Assembly: GCF_964355755.1 (NCBI RefSeq)
Contig: NC_092676.1
Location: forward strand, 3,449,888 to 3,513,887
Length of the DNA: 64,000 nucleotides
Direction of reading: 5' to 3'
DNA from: Antedon mediterranea
Taxonomy: Eukaryota; Animalia; Echinodermata
Shown here: one piece after another, positions 11,581-24,020 of the stretch
Numbering within the stretch: position 1 is the stretch's first letter
How the letters are laid out: every line of letters begins with the position of its first letter
Translations under genes and position numbers: made by a program
The notes under the pieces: generated by a model
What the model saw: only the letters and a program-made list of their open reading frames with translations
Database searches by the model: none
Told to the model about the DNA's origin: nothing

Positions 11581-12253
11581 AATTAAGTAAACATAAATCT
11601 ATGTATATGTTTCCATCTAATTGTAGCCTTAGATTAATCTAGTTAAACTAAGTGTTCAATGCTTACAAAACAAAGGAGGGGCCAATGCGGGGTTGGGGGT
11701 TACACATTTACTGTCATTACACCTAGAAGACAGACATTTAATCAGAAATTGTATGTTTTCATAAAAAGAACTATATCTTTCTACATATATTTAAATCAAT
11801 AGTATGTTGAAATTACTGTATTTGACAATGTGTAATTCTTATTCTTCTTGTCAGCAGTTATCAGGTATTCCTGTCGTGTGTGGCAGCAGATAGCAACTTA
11901 CATAAAAAGAAACAGGAATGATCCAACGTTTTAGTTCGAAGTTACTCTATAGTATAGTATGCATTATTACTAGTTTTACCTAAATAGAATGGAATATGTT
12001 AAAATAACTTTATACAGGTTACGTAGTTGATGCTAATATCACTTTAGTAGGAGTACGCTACAATACAGTACACAGTAATCAGAACGACTGTTACAGAGTA
12101 TTACTTGTACCAACTTGTACAGCAATTATATAGTATAACAGGAATACAGTATCGTTAAATTGGTATACAAATCTGGACATTTTTTTTCCGTATTATCTTG
12201 AATTTGATAAATAAGTAAATCAATCCCGGAACTTAACCGTCGTAGTATTTATA

Positions 12254-14101
12254 ATGGCTCATCATCAATATTGTACATTGCTGCTGTACAAGTGCCTGGT
12301 TATATTGTATAGTATATTTCACTGCTGTTGTGCACAATCCTATACTTTTACAGAACATCCACAATCGGTTCTTGTTGCAGAAGGACAAACAGCAAAGATA
12401 TCGTGTGAATGGACACCTAAATTGAATGAAACCCATCATGTTGCATGGAGATACTATCATTTTAGTACAAGAACGGGTCAAATAATTGAACGTTCAACGT
12501 CAAAATACATTTTCAGAAAAGGTACAACATTTTCAAATCTTTCCATTTTGAATGTTGATCCTAATGATGTAGGACACTACCGGTGTCGTATCTCCAAAGG
12601 TGATTTTGTATACAGTTTTTCTGAATTTACTTATGTAGTGCTAGGAGAGTTAACGTGTAGTCCAGAATATGATTATGGTGACATAGGAACAACGATGACA
12701 TGTACTTATACTTCATCTGATCCTGTATATATTATTGATTTACTATGGTATAAAGAGGGAAATGAAATTACTTCAGCAGCACAACGAAGTAATATCAAAG
12801 AATCAAAGACTTTGACTAGTGAAGACGATGGAGCTGTATTTACTTGTAAAGCTATCCTCGGTTATCAAGTGATAGGAACTTGTGAAACTACTCCTCTAAT
12901 ATTGACTATAGATGCAGAGATTGAACAATCACCACCAGGTCCACTTCAGGCTGGGGATAGGTTTACCCTTACCTGTTCAGGGAAAGGTAATCCTGATTAT
13001 TATGAATGGACGTGGAATGGCAAACTTATAGGATCGTCGACAGATAAAAGTCGATTTGCAATAGGTAATGTGCTTACTGCGACGAGAGTATCAAGCAGTG
13101 CCAATGGAAAAATAGTTACTTGTACTATTAGTCGTAGTGGTCGTACCAGCAGTACAGCGAGGTTTACATTAAACGTGCTAGAGAACATTTCCAGTAGGCC
13201 TACTACTACACATTTTCAAACAACACCAACGCAACAGGTCGTTACAGACAAACTACTACCAACTACACGCTTACACACTACACGTTTACAGTCGACACGT
13301 ACGCAACAAGTCGTTACAGACAAACAACTGCCAACTACAAGCTTACGCACTACACGTTTACAGTCGACACGTACGCAAAAAGTCGTTACAGACAAACTAC
13401 TACCAACTACACGCTTATACACTACACGTTTACAGTCGACACGAACGCACCAAGTCGTTACAGACAAACTACTGCCAACTACACGCTTACCCACTACACG
13501 GTTACAATCGACACGTACGCAACAAGTCGTTACAAACAAACTACTACCAACTACACGCATACACACTACACGTTTACACACTACACGTTTGCAGTCGACA
13601 CGTACGCAACCATTCATTAAAGACCAACTCTCAACTAATATCTCATCGGTTGACGAGCCCCCAACACTAATGGTTGTTATTAGTGTACTTGCAATTCTGC
13701 TCGTAGTTTCTGTAATAACAACGATATACATGTATTTGCAAAAAAAAAACGTATCTAGAGGCAACATAATTCCTTTAAATAGACCACCGAATAATATTGA
13801 ACACAATTACGATTACATTGTGTCTTCAGACACACAGATCAACACGACAGGCAAAGACACACACACGTATGATTATGCCATATATCCGTGTACACGAATC
13901 ACAGAGAATATCAGTGCTGAATACATTGAAGTAGAAGACAGTTTCCACGAGAGCCCACAAAAACCAGAACAAAATATGACCACAGTCGAGAAAGATGATG
14001 TGTTCTTACAACCAACGGGTATTTGCAGCAAAGAGGCCACGTACGAAAATGTTGAATTGCGTATCAAAGGCATAGCAACTTCTGACAATATGATAATTTA
14101 A
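12254..14101 (+). CDS. g3: IgSF receptor (V type C, 72-bp VNTR stalk, T2-related tail)
   Basis: 615 aa ORF with the family architecture. Tail motifs YDYIV, YDYAI, EYIEV, TYENV. Confidence 0.9.
   Translation: MAHHQYCTLLLYKCLVILYSIFHCCCAQSYTFTEHPQSVLVAEGQTAKISCEWTPKLNETHHVAWRYYHFSTRTGQIIERSTSKYIFRKGTTFSNLSILNVDPNDVGHYRCRISKGDFVYSFSEFTYVVLGELTCSPEYDYGDIGTTMTCTYTSSDPVYIIDLLWYKEGNEITSAAQRSNIKESKTLTSEDDGAVFTCKAILGYQVIGTCETTPLILTIDAEIEQSPPGPLQAGDRFTLTCSGKGNPDYYEWTWNGKLIGSSTDKSRFAIGNVLTATRVSSSANGKIVTCTISRSGRTSSTARFTLNVLENISSRPTTTHFQTTPTQQVVTDKLLPTTRLHTTRLQSTRTQQVVTDKQLPTTSLRTTRLQSTRTQKVVTDKLLPTTRLYTTRLQSTRTHQVVTDKLLPTTRLPTTRLQSTRTQQVVTNKLLPTTRIHTTRLHTTRLQSTRTQPFIKDQLSTNISSVDEPPTLMVVISVLAILLVVSVITTIYMYLQKKNVSRGNIIPLNRPPNNIEHNYDYIVSSDTQINTTGKDTHTYDYAIYPCTRITENISAEYIEVEDSFHESPQKPEQNMTTVEKDDVFLQPTGICSKEATYENVELRIKGIATSDNMII
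13231..13620 (+). repeat. Coding tandem repeat with a 72 bp / 24 aa unit (QQVVTDKLLPTTRLHTTRLQSTRT), 5 copies plus a partial copy
   Basis: The unit start gcaacargtcgttacagac recurs at 13231 and 13303 and onward at the same spacing. Confidence 0.9.
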
Positions 14102-14361
14102 TCGTACTTAAAAGAACGATAATACTAAATCATCTGCGCATCTACATGAAATATAATTTACTTGTTAAGAAAAAGGCGCAAATAAACAAAACGCATAAGC
14201 CTGCCATTAATATCAAAGAATGACATTAAAGAAAAGAAATACAGCAGAAACTACAAATTCTGAAAACTTCGAAAATATCGACGTTCATGGAAGTGGAATG
14301 GCAGAAATATGAATGTGAGCGTGATCGTCAAAAATGGTCTATGATGGTTCTCTATAAAACA

Positions 14362-15430
14362 GTAATTTTGTGAATATGCATTTAATAAATAAATATTATC
14401 CGGTTTTACACACGTTGGAAATTAAGCTATCTTTTTCTTTGTTAATTTTTTTTAATATAAGATAGCAAACAACTCTAACTTAACAATTAAAAGTGAAACC
14501 ATTAATTTGTTTAATACTTTTTTACTATGTTATTATTTAAAAAAAACAATAACACTAAATTATAAGCGAGCAACACAACAAGAAAAACAAAGAAACCATT
14601 TGTTTTGTTATTGTTTTACTCTAGATTTTACTTGCCTTCGGTTCAATGCTCAGTTAATTGCTAAATTCGCTCGGAATACGGAGCCGTTCAATTCTTAATA
14701 GAACTGTCTCTTATTTAACAAAAACGGCGCCTAGGTAGAGTTAGGCGTACATTTTGTTTTACGGTAAATGTAAATATAGTAGGCCTACCTTATTCCATAA
14801 TGAATAACAAAAATAGATTTCCTTGAATACATAATTTTTTTTAGATCATGTATGTGATTGTTATTATAGGAGAGGAAAGAAATTTAATAAAGTAATGTCT
14901 AATATAGCTAATAGACTTTAAGCAAGAACTAAATTATTCAGTTATTTACACGTTAAACGTGTGTAATTTTGTGAATATACATTTAATAAATAAATATTAT
15001 CAGGTAGTACACACATTGGAAAGAAAGATATCTTATTATTTGCTAATTTTTATTAAAAGATAGAAAACAACTTTAATTTGATAAAGTTAATGAAGAAAAA
15101 CATTAAAAGTTAAACCATTAATTTCTTTATTATTGCTTTAACTCTAGATTTAACTTGCATTTCGGTTCAATGTACAATTTACATTCGCACGGAGACGGCG
15201 CCGTTCAATTCTTTATAGAATGTATCTATTATTTAACAAAATGGCGCCTTCAACTCCGTGAAACGGAACAAGTTAGGCGTACATTTTATTTTACAGTAAT
15301 GTAAATATAGTAGGCCTACCTTATTCCATAATGAATAACAAAAATAAATTTCATTGAATATATAATTATTTTTTTAGATTATGTAATCGATTGTCATCGT
15401 AAAAGAGCAAACAAATTTAACTTTTAATAA
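14362..15430 (+). repeat. Local diverged tandem duplication, period about 600 bp
   Basis: gtaattttgtgaatat.catttaataaataaatattatc at about 14362 and 14964; ttaggcgtacatttt...gtaggcctaccttattccataat occurs twice. Confidence 0.75.
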
Positions 15431-16610
15431 AAGTATGTATTATTAAATAAAAATGAGATCAACGGTAACGACAATAAGGAAAGAAAGTTGTAAATACAGA
15501 TAATTATGATTTTGCGAACGAATTTATAAATGTGAAAGGCTATTAGTGAAACTGATGAAACTCAATATGGAAACAAAGAAAATGCGAAGTTCTTGATACT
15601 TTCTACATTTAGAAAATTGCTCAAAATAACTTTCCCCTAATGGACCTTGTTTAAAAGGTATCTAGAGTAGAGGAACAAATAATACATTAATTCGTTTTCT
15701 TAATTATTGATCAATAACTCACTAATATGTAAAATATATATAAGAACTCGTGGACAGCATTAACTAAATGAAAAAAGACTAAAAATTAAAAAAAAACACG
15801 AATTTATAAAACATAAATAATAACCTAATGAACAGAAGAAAAAAAACAAATACAAGTAACTAAACATTATGGACTAAAAAATAAATGAAAAGACATCGTT
15901 AATAATTGAAATTTAAAAAAAACCGAAATATTTCTAAAGAGAAAAATCATGATATAGGTAAGAAAGTTAGAATTGCTTTTTCAAATAATTTAGTTATAGT
16001 GTGCTAAGTGAAGAACAATTAATTTCAATTCAATTAGTGGTTATTATTATATTAAATATAACTACGACCGCCAGAAAAAGCAAAGAAGGGTTGGGAGCCC
16101 TCTATTTCAATTTTACAAAGCTTATTTAAAAACTTTCCTAAATAAAATAATAGGCTTCTCCTTATCTATTCATACAGAACCAGAAATACAAATGTGAAAT
16201 CGTATAAACGAAGATGCGACAATAACAAAAATCGTTTTCAACATTATATACATTACAACACAGGGATACTTCAGTTTTAGTCAAAATCGTCACTCTAATA
16301 AGATATGTTTAGTGCGGATGCGCAGTTATTTTTGTATATATCATGTGACCAGGTTTGATGTATGAATACAGTGACTAGATACAGTATAGGAATCAGATCG
16401 AGTGAGTGCTTAAACTGAGTACGATTTCATAACGCGAATATCGACTAACAATAAGGTTTACATTATATATTGTTTAATCATCAGAATTTACCTACATTTA
16501 TTTGTGTACGTTTTTGTTTCATCATAAATCTCTATTTTGGAAATTGATTTAAACTGAACTAAAGTAATATTGGAAGATGAACTAGAAACTACCAAGTCGC
16601 AGTGTTTATA

Positions 16611-18071
16611 ATGGCTCATCATCATTGCTTGTTGTGCCTGATTGTATTGTATAGTATATTCTACGACTGTTTTGCACAAATATATCGATTCACAAAACAT
16701 CCACAACCGGTTCTTGTTGCTGAAGGAAACACAGCAAGGTTATCATGTGCATGGATACCAGAATTGGATGAACGGCATAACTTTCGATGGGTATTCTTCC
16801 CTCAGGATGGTGGTCAGTTTCAAGTACTTGAGAGATCAAATTCAAAATACAATTTAACAAATAACGCAACTTCTTCACATCTTTCCATTTCTAATTTTGC
16901 TTCTAGTGACATAGGAAAATACAGGTGTGATATCAGACACGACAGAGACACTGTTTCTAAAGAGGCTGTTGTAGTGCTAGGAGAAATAACGTGCAATCCA
17001 GAATATGATAATGGTGAAATAGGAAGAACGATGACATGTTCTTATACTTCTTCTTATTCTTCAAATTTTATTTATTTACAATGGTATAAATCAGACGAAC
17101 AAGTACAATCAGACACCCAAGACAAACACGTTATAGAATCAATAGTTTTGACTGCTGAAGACGATGGAGCTGTGTTTACTTGTAAAGCTATCCTTGGTTA
17201 TCAAGTGATAGGAACTTGTGAAACTACTCCGCTAATACTGACTATAGATGCAGAGATTGAACAATCACCGCCAGGTACACTTCAGGTTGGGGATAACTTT
17301 ACCCTTACCTGCTCAGGGAAAGGTAATTCTGATTATTATGAATATGAATGGACCTGGAAAAACCAAGACTCGTCGCCAACAGAAACACGATATTATGCAA
17401 TAGGTAACTTTCTTTTTGTGACAAAATCTAGCAGCAACGCTATTATTACGTGTACTATTAGGCGTAGTGATCGCGTCAGCAGTGAAGTGTCCTATACGAT
17501 TGACATGTCAGAGAATTCAGAAAAACCTACAAGCATCTACCAAACTGATAACAATGATGTATACCCAAATAAATCAACATCGGTAATAGAATTAATATTA
17601 ATTGCGGTTGGTGTACTTGCTATTTTACTCCTCGTTTCGATAATAATAATATGCGTATATTTCCAAAAAAGAAACGGATCTAGGAACAACACAACCCTTG
17701 CAAATCAACCATCAATTAATATTGGGCCTGTTTATCATGATATTGCATCACCAGATACACAAGTCACCACGGAAAACAATGAAAACATGACGTATGATTA
17801 TACTATGTCCTGCACACGTGCTACTGCAGAATCCAATGACGTTGTCAACGAAAACCTTTGCATTAATTGTCATAATATGGCAACACCAAACGCAGGTATT
17901 AACACCAAACAAACAACACAAAACGAAACATTTAAATTAACTTCGCGTTTGAACAGAGCTGGTGTCAGTGAGGATAACTACGAGGGGTTCACATTGACCA
18001 CCATTGAAACGCCTACTGATGTAAACGTGTATGAAAATAAATCGGCTGGCCTACGTACAAAAGCAGTGTAA
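16611..18071 (+). CDS. g4: IgSF receptor (V type D, almost no stalk, short Tyr tail)
   Basis: ATG 16611 (MAHHH). Three Ig domains, TM LILIAVGVLAILLLVSIIIICVYF. Tail motifs VYHDI, YDY, NYEGF, VYEN. Confidence 0.88.
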   Translation: MAHHHCLLCLIVLYSIFYDCFAQIYRFTKHPQPVLVAEGNTARLSCAWIPELDERHNFRWVFFPQDGGQFQVLERSNSKYNLTNNATSSHLSISNFASSDIGKYRCDIRHDRDTVSKEAVVVLGEITCNPEYDNGEIGRTMTCSYTSSYSSNFIYLQWYKSDEQVQSDTQDKHVIESIVLTAEDDGAVFTCKAILGYQVIGTCETTPLILTIDAEIEQSPPGTLQVGDNFTLTCSGKGNSDYYEYEWTWKNQDSSPTETRYYAIGNFLFVTKSSSNAIITCTIRRSDRVSSEVSYTIDMSENSEKPTSIYQTDNNDVYPNKSTSVIELILIAVGVLAILLLVSIIIICVYFQKRNGSRNNTTLANQPSINIGPVYHDIASPDTQVTTENNENMTYDYTMSCTRATAESNDVVNENLCINCHNMATPNAGINTKQTTQNETFKLTSRLNRAGVSEDNYEGFTLTTIETPTDVNVYENKSAGLRTKAV

Positions 18072-18419
18072 AGTATGCTATGAATTAAACTGGTAAATTC
18101 CAAACACAAAGTAGGCCTCGACTTTCGCTCGAATGTCTTTTTATTGGCAAATTATAATTGGAACTACTCGATTAACAAAGTCAACGCAAGGGCACTAAAA
18201 TTGCCCCGACAATCACTTTAAATATCAACTACAAAGTAAAGTAAACATTGCCTATACAATCTCCAAAACAGTCAAATTTGAATATGGAATGTTAGGGATA
18301 ATTTCATTGAATTATATATTTAATTTTATCTTGTCGATTAGTCTGTTAAATAATAACAGTTAGATCATGGCACTTAGTCTAGTGCTTCGATGTCAAAAAC
18401 ATGTGTTTCTTGAAGCATC

Positions 18420-18720
18420 AGAACCAACGATAAAGAGGCTGAAACAGTAAATTACATCTCAAAGATATAACAAGCATGACAACATCTGACGACTAGAACA
18501 TGTACGAAAATGTGACATTGCTACCGAGACTGAGAAAAGATGGAGTAACCGTTATGGACAACCCCGAGGATGACGTCAGCCTGGTGCACGCGAGTACAAT
18601 CGATACAAATGTGTACGAAAATTCACCACTACGCACAAAAGCAGTGAAATCTGCTCAGAAAAAAAACATAACTAAACGTATAGAATTTACAGAACAAGCA
18701 ACGAAAACTGCACCTTATCA
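18420..18720 (+). pseudogene. Orphan C-terminal tail fragment of the T3 type
   Basis: Translates to ...EDDVSLVHAST..NVYENSPLRTKAVKSAQKK, homologous to the g5/g6/g8/g12 C-termini. No ectodomain attached. Confidence 0.7.
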
Positions 18721-20444
18721 TAGAAACTTGAATGTTTTGTCCCTAAATAAGAGGTTTATGCCAGGTATGATCTATTAAGGTTTTAATTAGCCTATGTGAA
18801 ATTGTTTACCATTTGCAAACTACTGTCCGAACAGGACGGACCATGATAGTTCCATGGTAAGAGAAATAGAAAAGTAGGCTAAAGGTAAATACTGTAATTT
18901 TGTTTAAGGAAGTAAATAAATAAAACTATTATATTAGAAATAATCAACTCTGAGATGAACAATAACCAGAAAAGGGAAGGGTAGGAAGTATTAACATATG
19001 ATTAGTGAGAATTAAAATCGTACAGAAAAGAGGAAAGAAAAACAGAATAAAGTTCATCGATAACATATCCTTATTTGGCATGAAATAAGCAACAATAAAT
19101 ATCAATATATGCCAGTACACGTGATCGTCCAAAATGGTTTTTCTATGTTTCTATATAAAACTACGATTTTATACGTAATTAGATTTCTATATTAATATGA
19201 TAATTTAAATATTAAAGTTTAAGCAAGAACTTATAATACATTGATCGATATTTACACGTTGCAAATTAGTAATTTTGTGTATATATATTTCATATCATTT
19301 ATTTATATAAATATTTCTATTTTATATTTTTGCTTTACGGCTATAATTGTTTTTACTACAGTAAGTTTAAACTAGTTCAGACTTTTGTTTTCTTACCAGA
19401 ATTATTAAATAAATAATATCAGATATCACAAATGTGTGAAAGAATACGTTTAAAATGGTAACGTACCGTAATGTAAATATATAGTATCTTATTTCATAAT
19501 GGATAACATTAAAAATGTTATTTTATTCTCTCAGCTTGAGTGTAGGCCTACTACTTACAGTACGGTCATGTAAATATAGTATCTTATTTCATATTGGATA
19601 ACAAAAATATATTTCATTGAATATGTAAACACAAATGCATTTTCGAAATATGGCCAAACACAGCAACGAAACGTTTCATTAAGGCATCCTTGTAAACATT
19701 GAACTGTATATAGTTCTTGATACATTTAGAACATTTCTGAAAAAACTGTCCCTAAATGAAACATGTTTAAAAGACATCTACACTAGAGTAACAAACCTTC
19801 ATGTCAGTTGTTGTGGAGTTGGGCTCTTTTGAAATACATTACATTTCTCATGGACGAAAAATAAATGAAAAGAAATATTTTGAATAAGAAAATGCATGAT
19901 GTATGTATGTAATTGTCTGTAAATATTTTTCCGTAACATTTACCAGTACGTTTATTGTTACATTTATCATTACGAATCGACCTTTGACATGTGACGTAAC
20001 CGCATCGTTCAATATTGCTTGTACTGTATATACAAATCTATTTTAATGCATTGTGTATTATAGGCCTAACAAATAACAGTCAAACGAATTCTATCGTAAT
20101 GTTATACGTCATACGCATCTCAACAACGATTATGAAGGAAATTGTTGAAATTGCTGGGTTGCTGTAATTTTATTTTATTAGAAACATTATCATTCTGATG
20201 ATTTTCTGAAATATCAGATTTTAGCAACACGGCAAGTGAAGCGTTTTGACAAATCATGGCCACGTGTCCCGCAGAAAAAAAAAATACAACTAATATTGAA
20301 AAACTCTCTCCATAATTTCAAGTTCAACTTTATCTACGGCGGCCTAGCTCAACACGGATGTTCTTAGCTGCAGCCGTGCTATAGAAAGCACAGCAGTTGT
20401 GTACACAACAAGAGCAGTAAATAAACTTACAATAATAAAAAACA

Positions 20445-20454
20445 GGAAAGTCCC
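20445..20454 (-). promoter_or_regulatory. Perfect NF-kB consensus GGGACTTTCC upstream of g5
   Basis: Plus strand ggaaagtccc, about 485 bp before the g5 ATG. Confidence 0.4.
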
Positions 20455-20938
20455 AAAGTTTAAATACAAGTTACACTCTAGGGGGCAGTATACCATACTA
20501 CCGGTTTTACCTGGCAGTCGATAATCTGGATATCCAATTTTTCTGTATATAGCATGTTACGAGCCTGACGTTCCAATACAGTGATTAAGAATACAGGAAT
20601 CAGATCGAGTGAGTGTTTAAACTAGTACAATTTCTATCGAAACTGGCTATTTCTGTCATAAATCGTAGAATTTTATAATACACAGTGATTGGAATCAGTT
20701 GAATCATAATCGAAAAGGTGCTTAAACTGGATACAATTTCTATTATAACAAATGCGTGGCAACATCAACTAACAATGTAATGTACAGTTTTACATTGTAT
20801 TAAGTATCTTTAAATTTAAGTATTTCTGAACGTTTTTGTTCCGTACCAACAATATCTCTATTGTGATAAGGAAATTAATTTAAACCGATCCCAAAGCAAT
20901 TCTTGGAACTCAACTTCTGCAAGAAACTACAGTTTATA

Positions 20939-22852
20939 ATGGCTCGTCAGCAACATTGGACATTGCTGTTGTACAAGTGCCTGGGTATGTTGTATAGTGT
21001 ACTTCACTGCTGTTGTGCACAATCCTATACTTTTACAAAACATCCTCAACCGGTCCTCGTTGCAGAAGGAAAAACAGCAACGCTATCGTGTGAATGGACA
21101 CCAGCATTGAATGAAAACCATGATGTTGAATGGACATACTATCCTGTTGGTAGAACGGGTCAAGTAATTGAAAGTTCAACGTCAAAATACACTTTCACAA
21201 AAGGTACAACATTTTCAAGGCTTTCCATTTTGAATGTTGGTCCTAATGATGTAGGAACATACTTGTGTCATATCTCCGAAGGTGATGGTGTATACAGTTA
21301 CAGTGAAACTACTTATGTAGTGCTAGGAGATTTAACGTGCAATCCAGAATATGATAATGGTGAAATAGGAACAACGATGACATGTTCTTATGCTTCATCT
21401 TATATTGCATATTCTATTGATTTACTATGGTATAAAAACGGGAATGAAATTACTTCAGCAGCACAACAAAATTATATCAAAGAATCAAGAGCTTTGACTA
21501 GTGACGACGATGGAGCTGTATTTACTTGTACAGCGAGACTCGCTACCCATGACAATTTGGAGGTAGGAACTTGTGAAACTACTCCTCTAATATTGAATAT
21601 AGATGCGGAGATTGAACAATCTCCGCCAGGTACACTTCAGGTTGGTGATAGCTTTAATCTTACCTGCTCAGGGAAAGGTAATCCTGATTATTATAATTTT
21701 GCATGGACGTGGAATGGCAAACCTGTAGGATCGTCGACATGTAAAAATATATTTGGAATAGGCCATGTGCTTACTGTTTTGGGTGCAATAAGCAATGTGA
21801 ATGGCATAAACGCTACTTGCACTATTAGTCGTGATAGTCGCAACAGCAGTACAACGACCTATACAATAAATACAGTTTTCGTAAATGTGACCTCTACAAC
21901 GACACATTCACACACGACACCAGGTACACATACGCAAAAGGCAAGTATATATAAACTATCAGAAACTACTAGACTAAAGATTGTCATTGGAGCCGTTTCA
22001 GTAGCGTTTGTGATTTCGACGACAGGAAATATAATTTTTTTATTAAGGAAAAGGCGCCAAAAAACTAAACGAATAAGCCTGCAATTAAAGTCAATGAATG
22101 ACATTGAACAAAAGACTGCAGATTCTGACGTTCATGAAAACTTGGTGACAGTTTTGACTGTTGATAAGTTTGGGATTTCAAAAGAGTCAAACGCAGAAGA
22201 CAATTTAACCACTATGTCATGTGATAAACGTACACTGGCAGCACGTGACCAATTACAAGACAACGTTGATTATGATTGTGTGGCATCAGACGACAATCGA
22301 AGCACTGACATTACAGTAAACAGCAACAATGAATGCCATGATTCGACATTAGTAGACATTCACAACGATGAAATGACATCTGAAACAGGCAGTGAATATG
22401 AGTATGATTATGTGGAGACATCAGGCATAGGGGCCACAGAGAATAACGGCTCTGCAGAATACATTCAGGTTGTCGATGACAACGCTGATGACGATCCTAG
22501 AAGAGATTCACTAAAAACAGAAAATACTAGGCCTACAGCTGGTGAGTACAATGATGCTTCAATGTCACAAACTTATATTTCCATAAATACTAGAACCAAT
22601 GATAAAGAAACTGAGTACGAAAACAGTAAATTACATCGTCCCAAAGATGTCCCGACTTCTGACAACTCAAAGACCAAGTCCGAAAGTGTTAAATTATCAC
22701 AGAGATCAAGAAGATATGGAAAAACCATTTCAGATAATCGCGAAGATGACGTCACCAAGGTGCATTCGAGTACAGTTGAAGTACCTAATACAAACGACGT
22801 GTACGAAAATGCATCGGTACGCACAAAAGCAGCGAAGTGTGCTAAGAAATAG
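20939..22852 (+). CDS. g5: IgSF receptor (V type C, short stalk, polar TM, tail ending in the T3 module)
   Basis: ATG 20939 (MARQQHW). Three Ig domains, TM IVIGAVSVAFVISTTGNIIFLL. Tail motifs YEYDYV, EYIQV, EYEN, VYENASVRTKAAKCAKK. Confidence 0.88.
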   Translation: MARQQHWTLLLYKCLGMLYSVLHCCCAQSYTFTKHPQPVLVAEGKTATLSCEWTPALNENHDVEWTYYPVGRTGQVIESSTSKYTFTKGTTFSRLSILNVGPNDVGTYLCHISEGDGVYSYSETTYVVLGDLTCNPEYDNGEIGTTMTCSYASSYIAYSIDLLWYKNGNEITSAAQQNYIKESRALTSDDDGAVFTCTARLATHDNLEVGTCETTPLILNIDAEIEQSPPGTLQVGDSFNLTCSGKGNPDYYNFAWTWNGKPVGSSTCKNIFGIGHVLTVLGAISNVNGINATCTISRDSRNSSTTTYTINTVFVNVTSTTTHSHTTPGTHTQKASIYKLSETTRLKIVIGAVSVAFVISTTGNIIFLLRKRRQKTKRISLQLKSMNDIEQKTADSDVHENLVTVLTVDKFGISKESNAEDNLTTMSCDKRTLAARDQLQDNVDYDCVASDDNRSTDITVNSNNECHDSTLVDIHNDEMTSETGSEYEYDYVETSGIGATENNGSAEYIQVVDDNADDDPRRDSLKTENTRPTAGEYNDASMSQTYISINTRTNDKETEYENSKLHRPKDVPTSDNSKTKSESVKLSQRSRRYGKTISDNREDDVTKVHSSTVEVPNTNDVYENASVRTKAAKCAKK

Positions 22853-23707
22853 AAGAAGAAAAACATAACAACCGTACAGAATATTCATACAAAAACAAAC
22901 AATGAAAAGTGCACTAACGCATATTATCATAGAGACTTGTTTATGAATGTTTAATCTATTAAGGCTTTTATTATGTGAAATTGTTATCTGTTATTATTGT
23001 CCCCAACACGTACAGGGGTGTGACTTATTCTTTTACGTATTCTAAGACTAGTATGGGCCATGATAGTTCCATGGTAAGAGAAATAGAAAAGTAGGCTAAA
23101 TATATAAGTTAATATCTTGAAATATTTAATTTTGTTTAAGGAAGTAAATAAAAAAATATTATATTAGAAATAATCAACTCTGAGAGATGAACATTAACCA
23201 GAAAAAAGAGTTTTATATTAATGTCGTTTACTGTTTTTATATCTAATTGTCTATACATTTTATACATTTTTACATTATATGCATATAATTTTTTTTATCC
23301 TTTTTAATGTAAAATTTTACGGTTTCAGCCTTTTGGCTATTTGTGTAATTGATCGTATGTTTTTGGACAAATAAATGAATTAATATAATTATGCGATATG
23401 TGTAATGTTTCTTTAAGACGCATTCGTAAAAACTGTATTCAGAAAAAACATCAAATAAAATAAAAAAAGGCTGTTTATAAGTTTCTACGTTTTAATGATA
23501 AAGGGGTTAATTGGCCAACAAGAGGTGAACATTAGCTTGTTGACTCTATTTATGATCAAAGTAGAACATCATCAATCAACAAACTGAATCTATTAAACAT
23601 CATTAGCATGTTATTTTAGTTAAAAAAAGTTCAACAATAAAAGAATATATATATACTAGTGACACGTGTTCTATAGAACACGAGCCCAGTCAGCCAATTT
23701 GTGTAAA

Positions 23708-24020
23708 GGGCGTGTGGCGCAGTGTGTTGGACGTTGGACTACCGATCGTCAGACCTAGGTTCGAATCCAACTCTCGCCGCATTGCTTGTATCCGTAGGCA
23801 AGATACTTTACTTACGTTGCCTCTCTCCACCCAGGTGTATAAATGGGTACCCAGTTAGATCTAGACACAACTTTGCGCTGGTTACCGGCTGCATTATGGG
23901 AGTATGTTTCCATACGTGTTTGATCCCAAAAAATACTGGGGTAATAATGCTTGTAAAGCGCCTTTGAACATGATTACTCATGAAAAGGGCGCTATATAAA
24001 TGTGGTATTATTATTATTAT
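23708..24020 (+). mobile_element. tRNA-derived SINE
   Basis: A box tggcgcagtg, B box ggttcgaatcc, core ctctccacccaggtgtataaatgggtacc, LINE-like tail gtaaagcgc...gcgctatataaat(tta)n. taaa on both sides. Empty site at about 63740. Confidence 0.85.

Noticed and set aside
13216-13806. Antisense and alternate-frame ORFs overlapping receptor genes (for example 13216-13806, 2435-2737, 27634-28038, 749-1048)
   Set aside because: Shadow frames of repetitive coding sequence with no recognisable domains.
23708-23790. tRNA genes at 23708 and about 45370
   Set aside because: The A and B boxes are SINE heads followed by a SINE body and tail, and both are absent at the paralogous empty sites.
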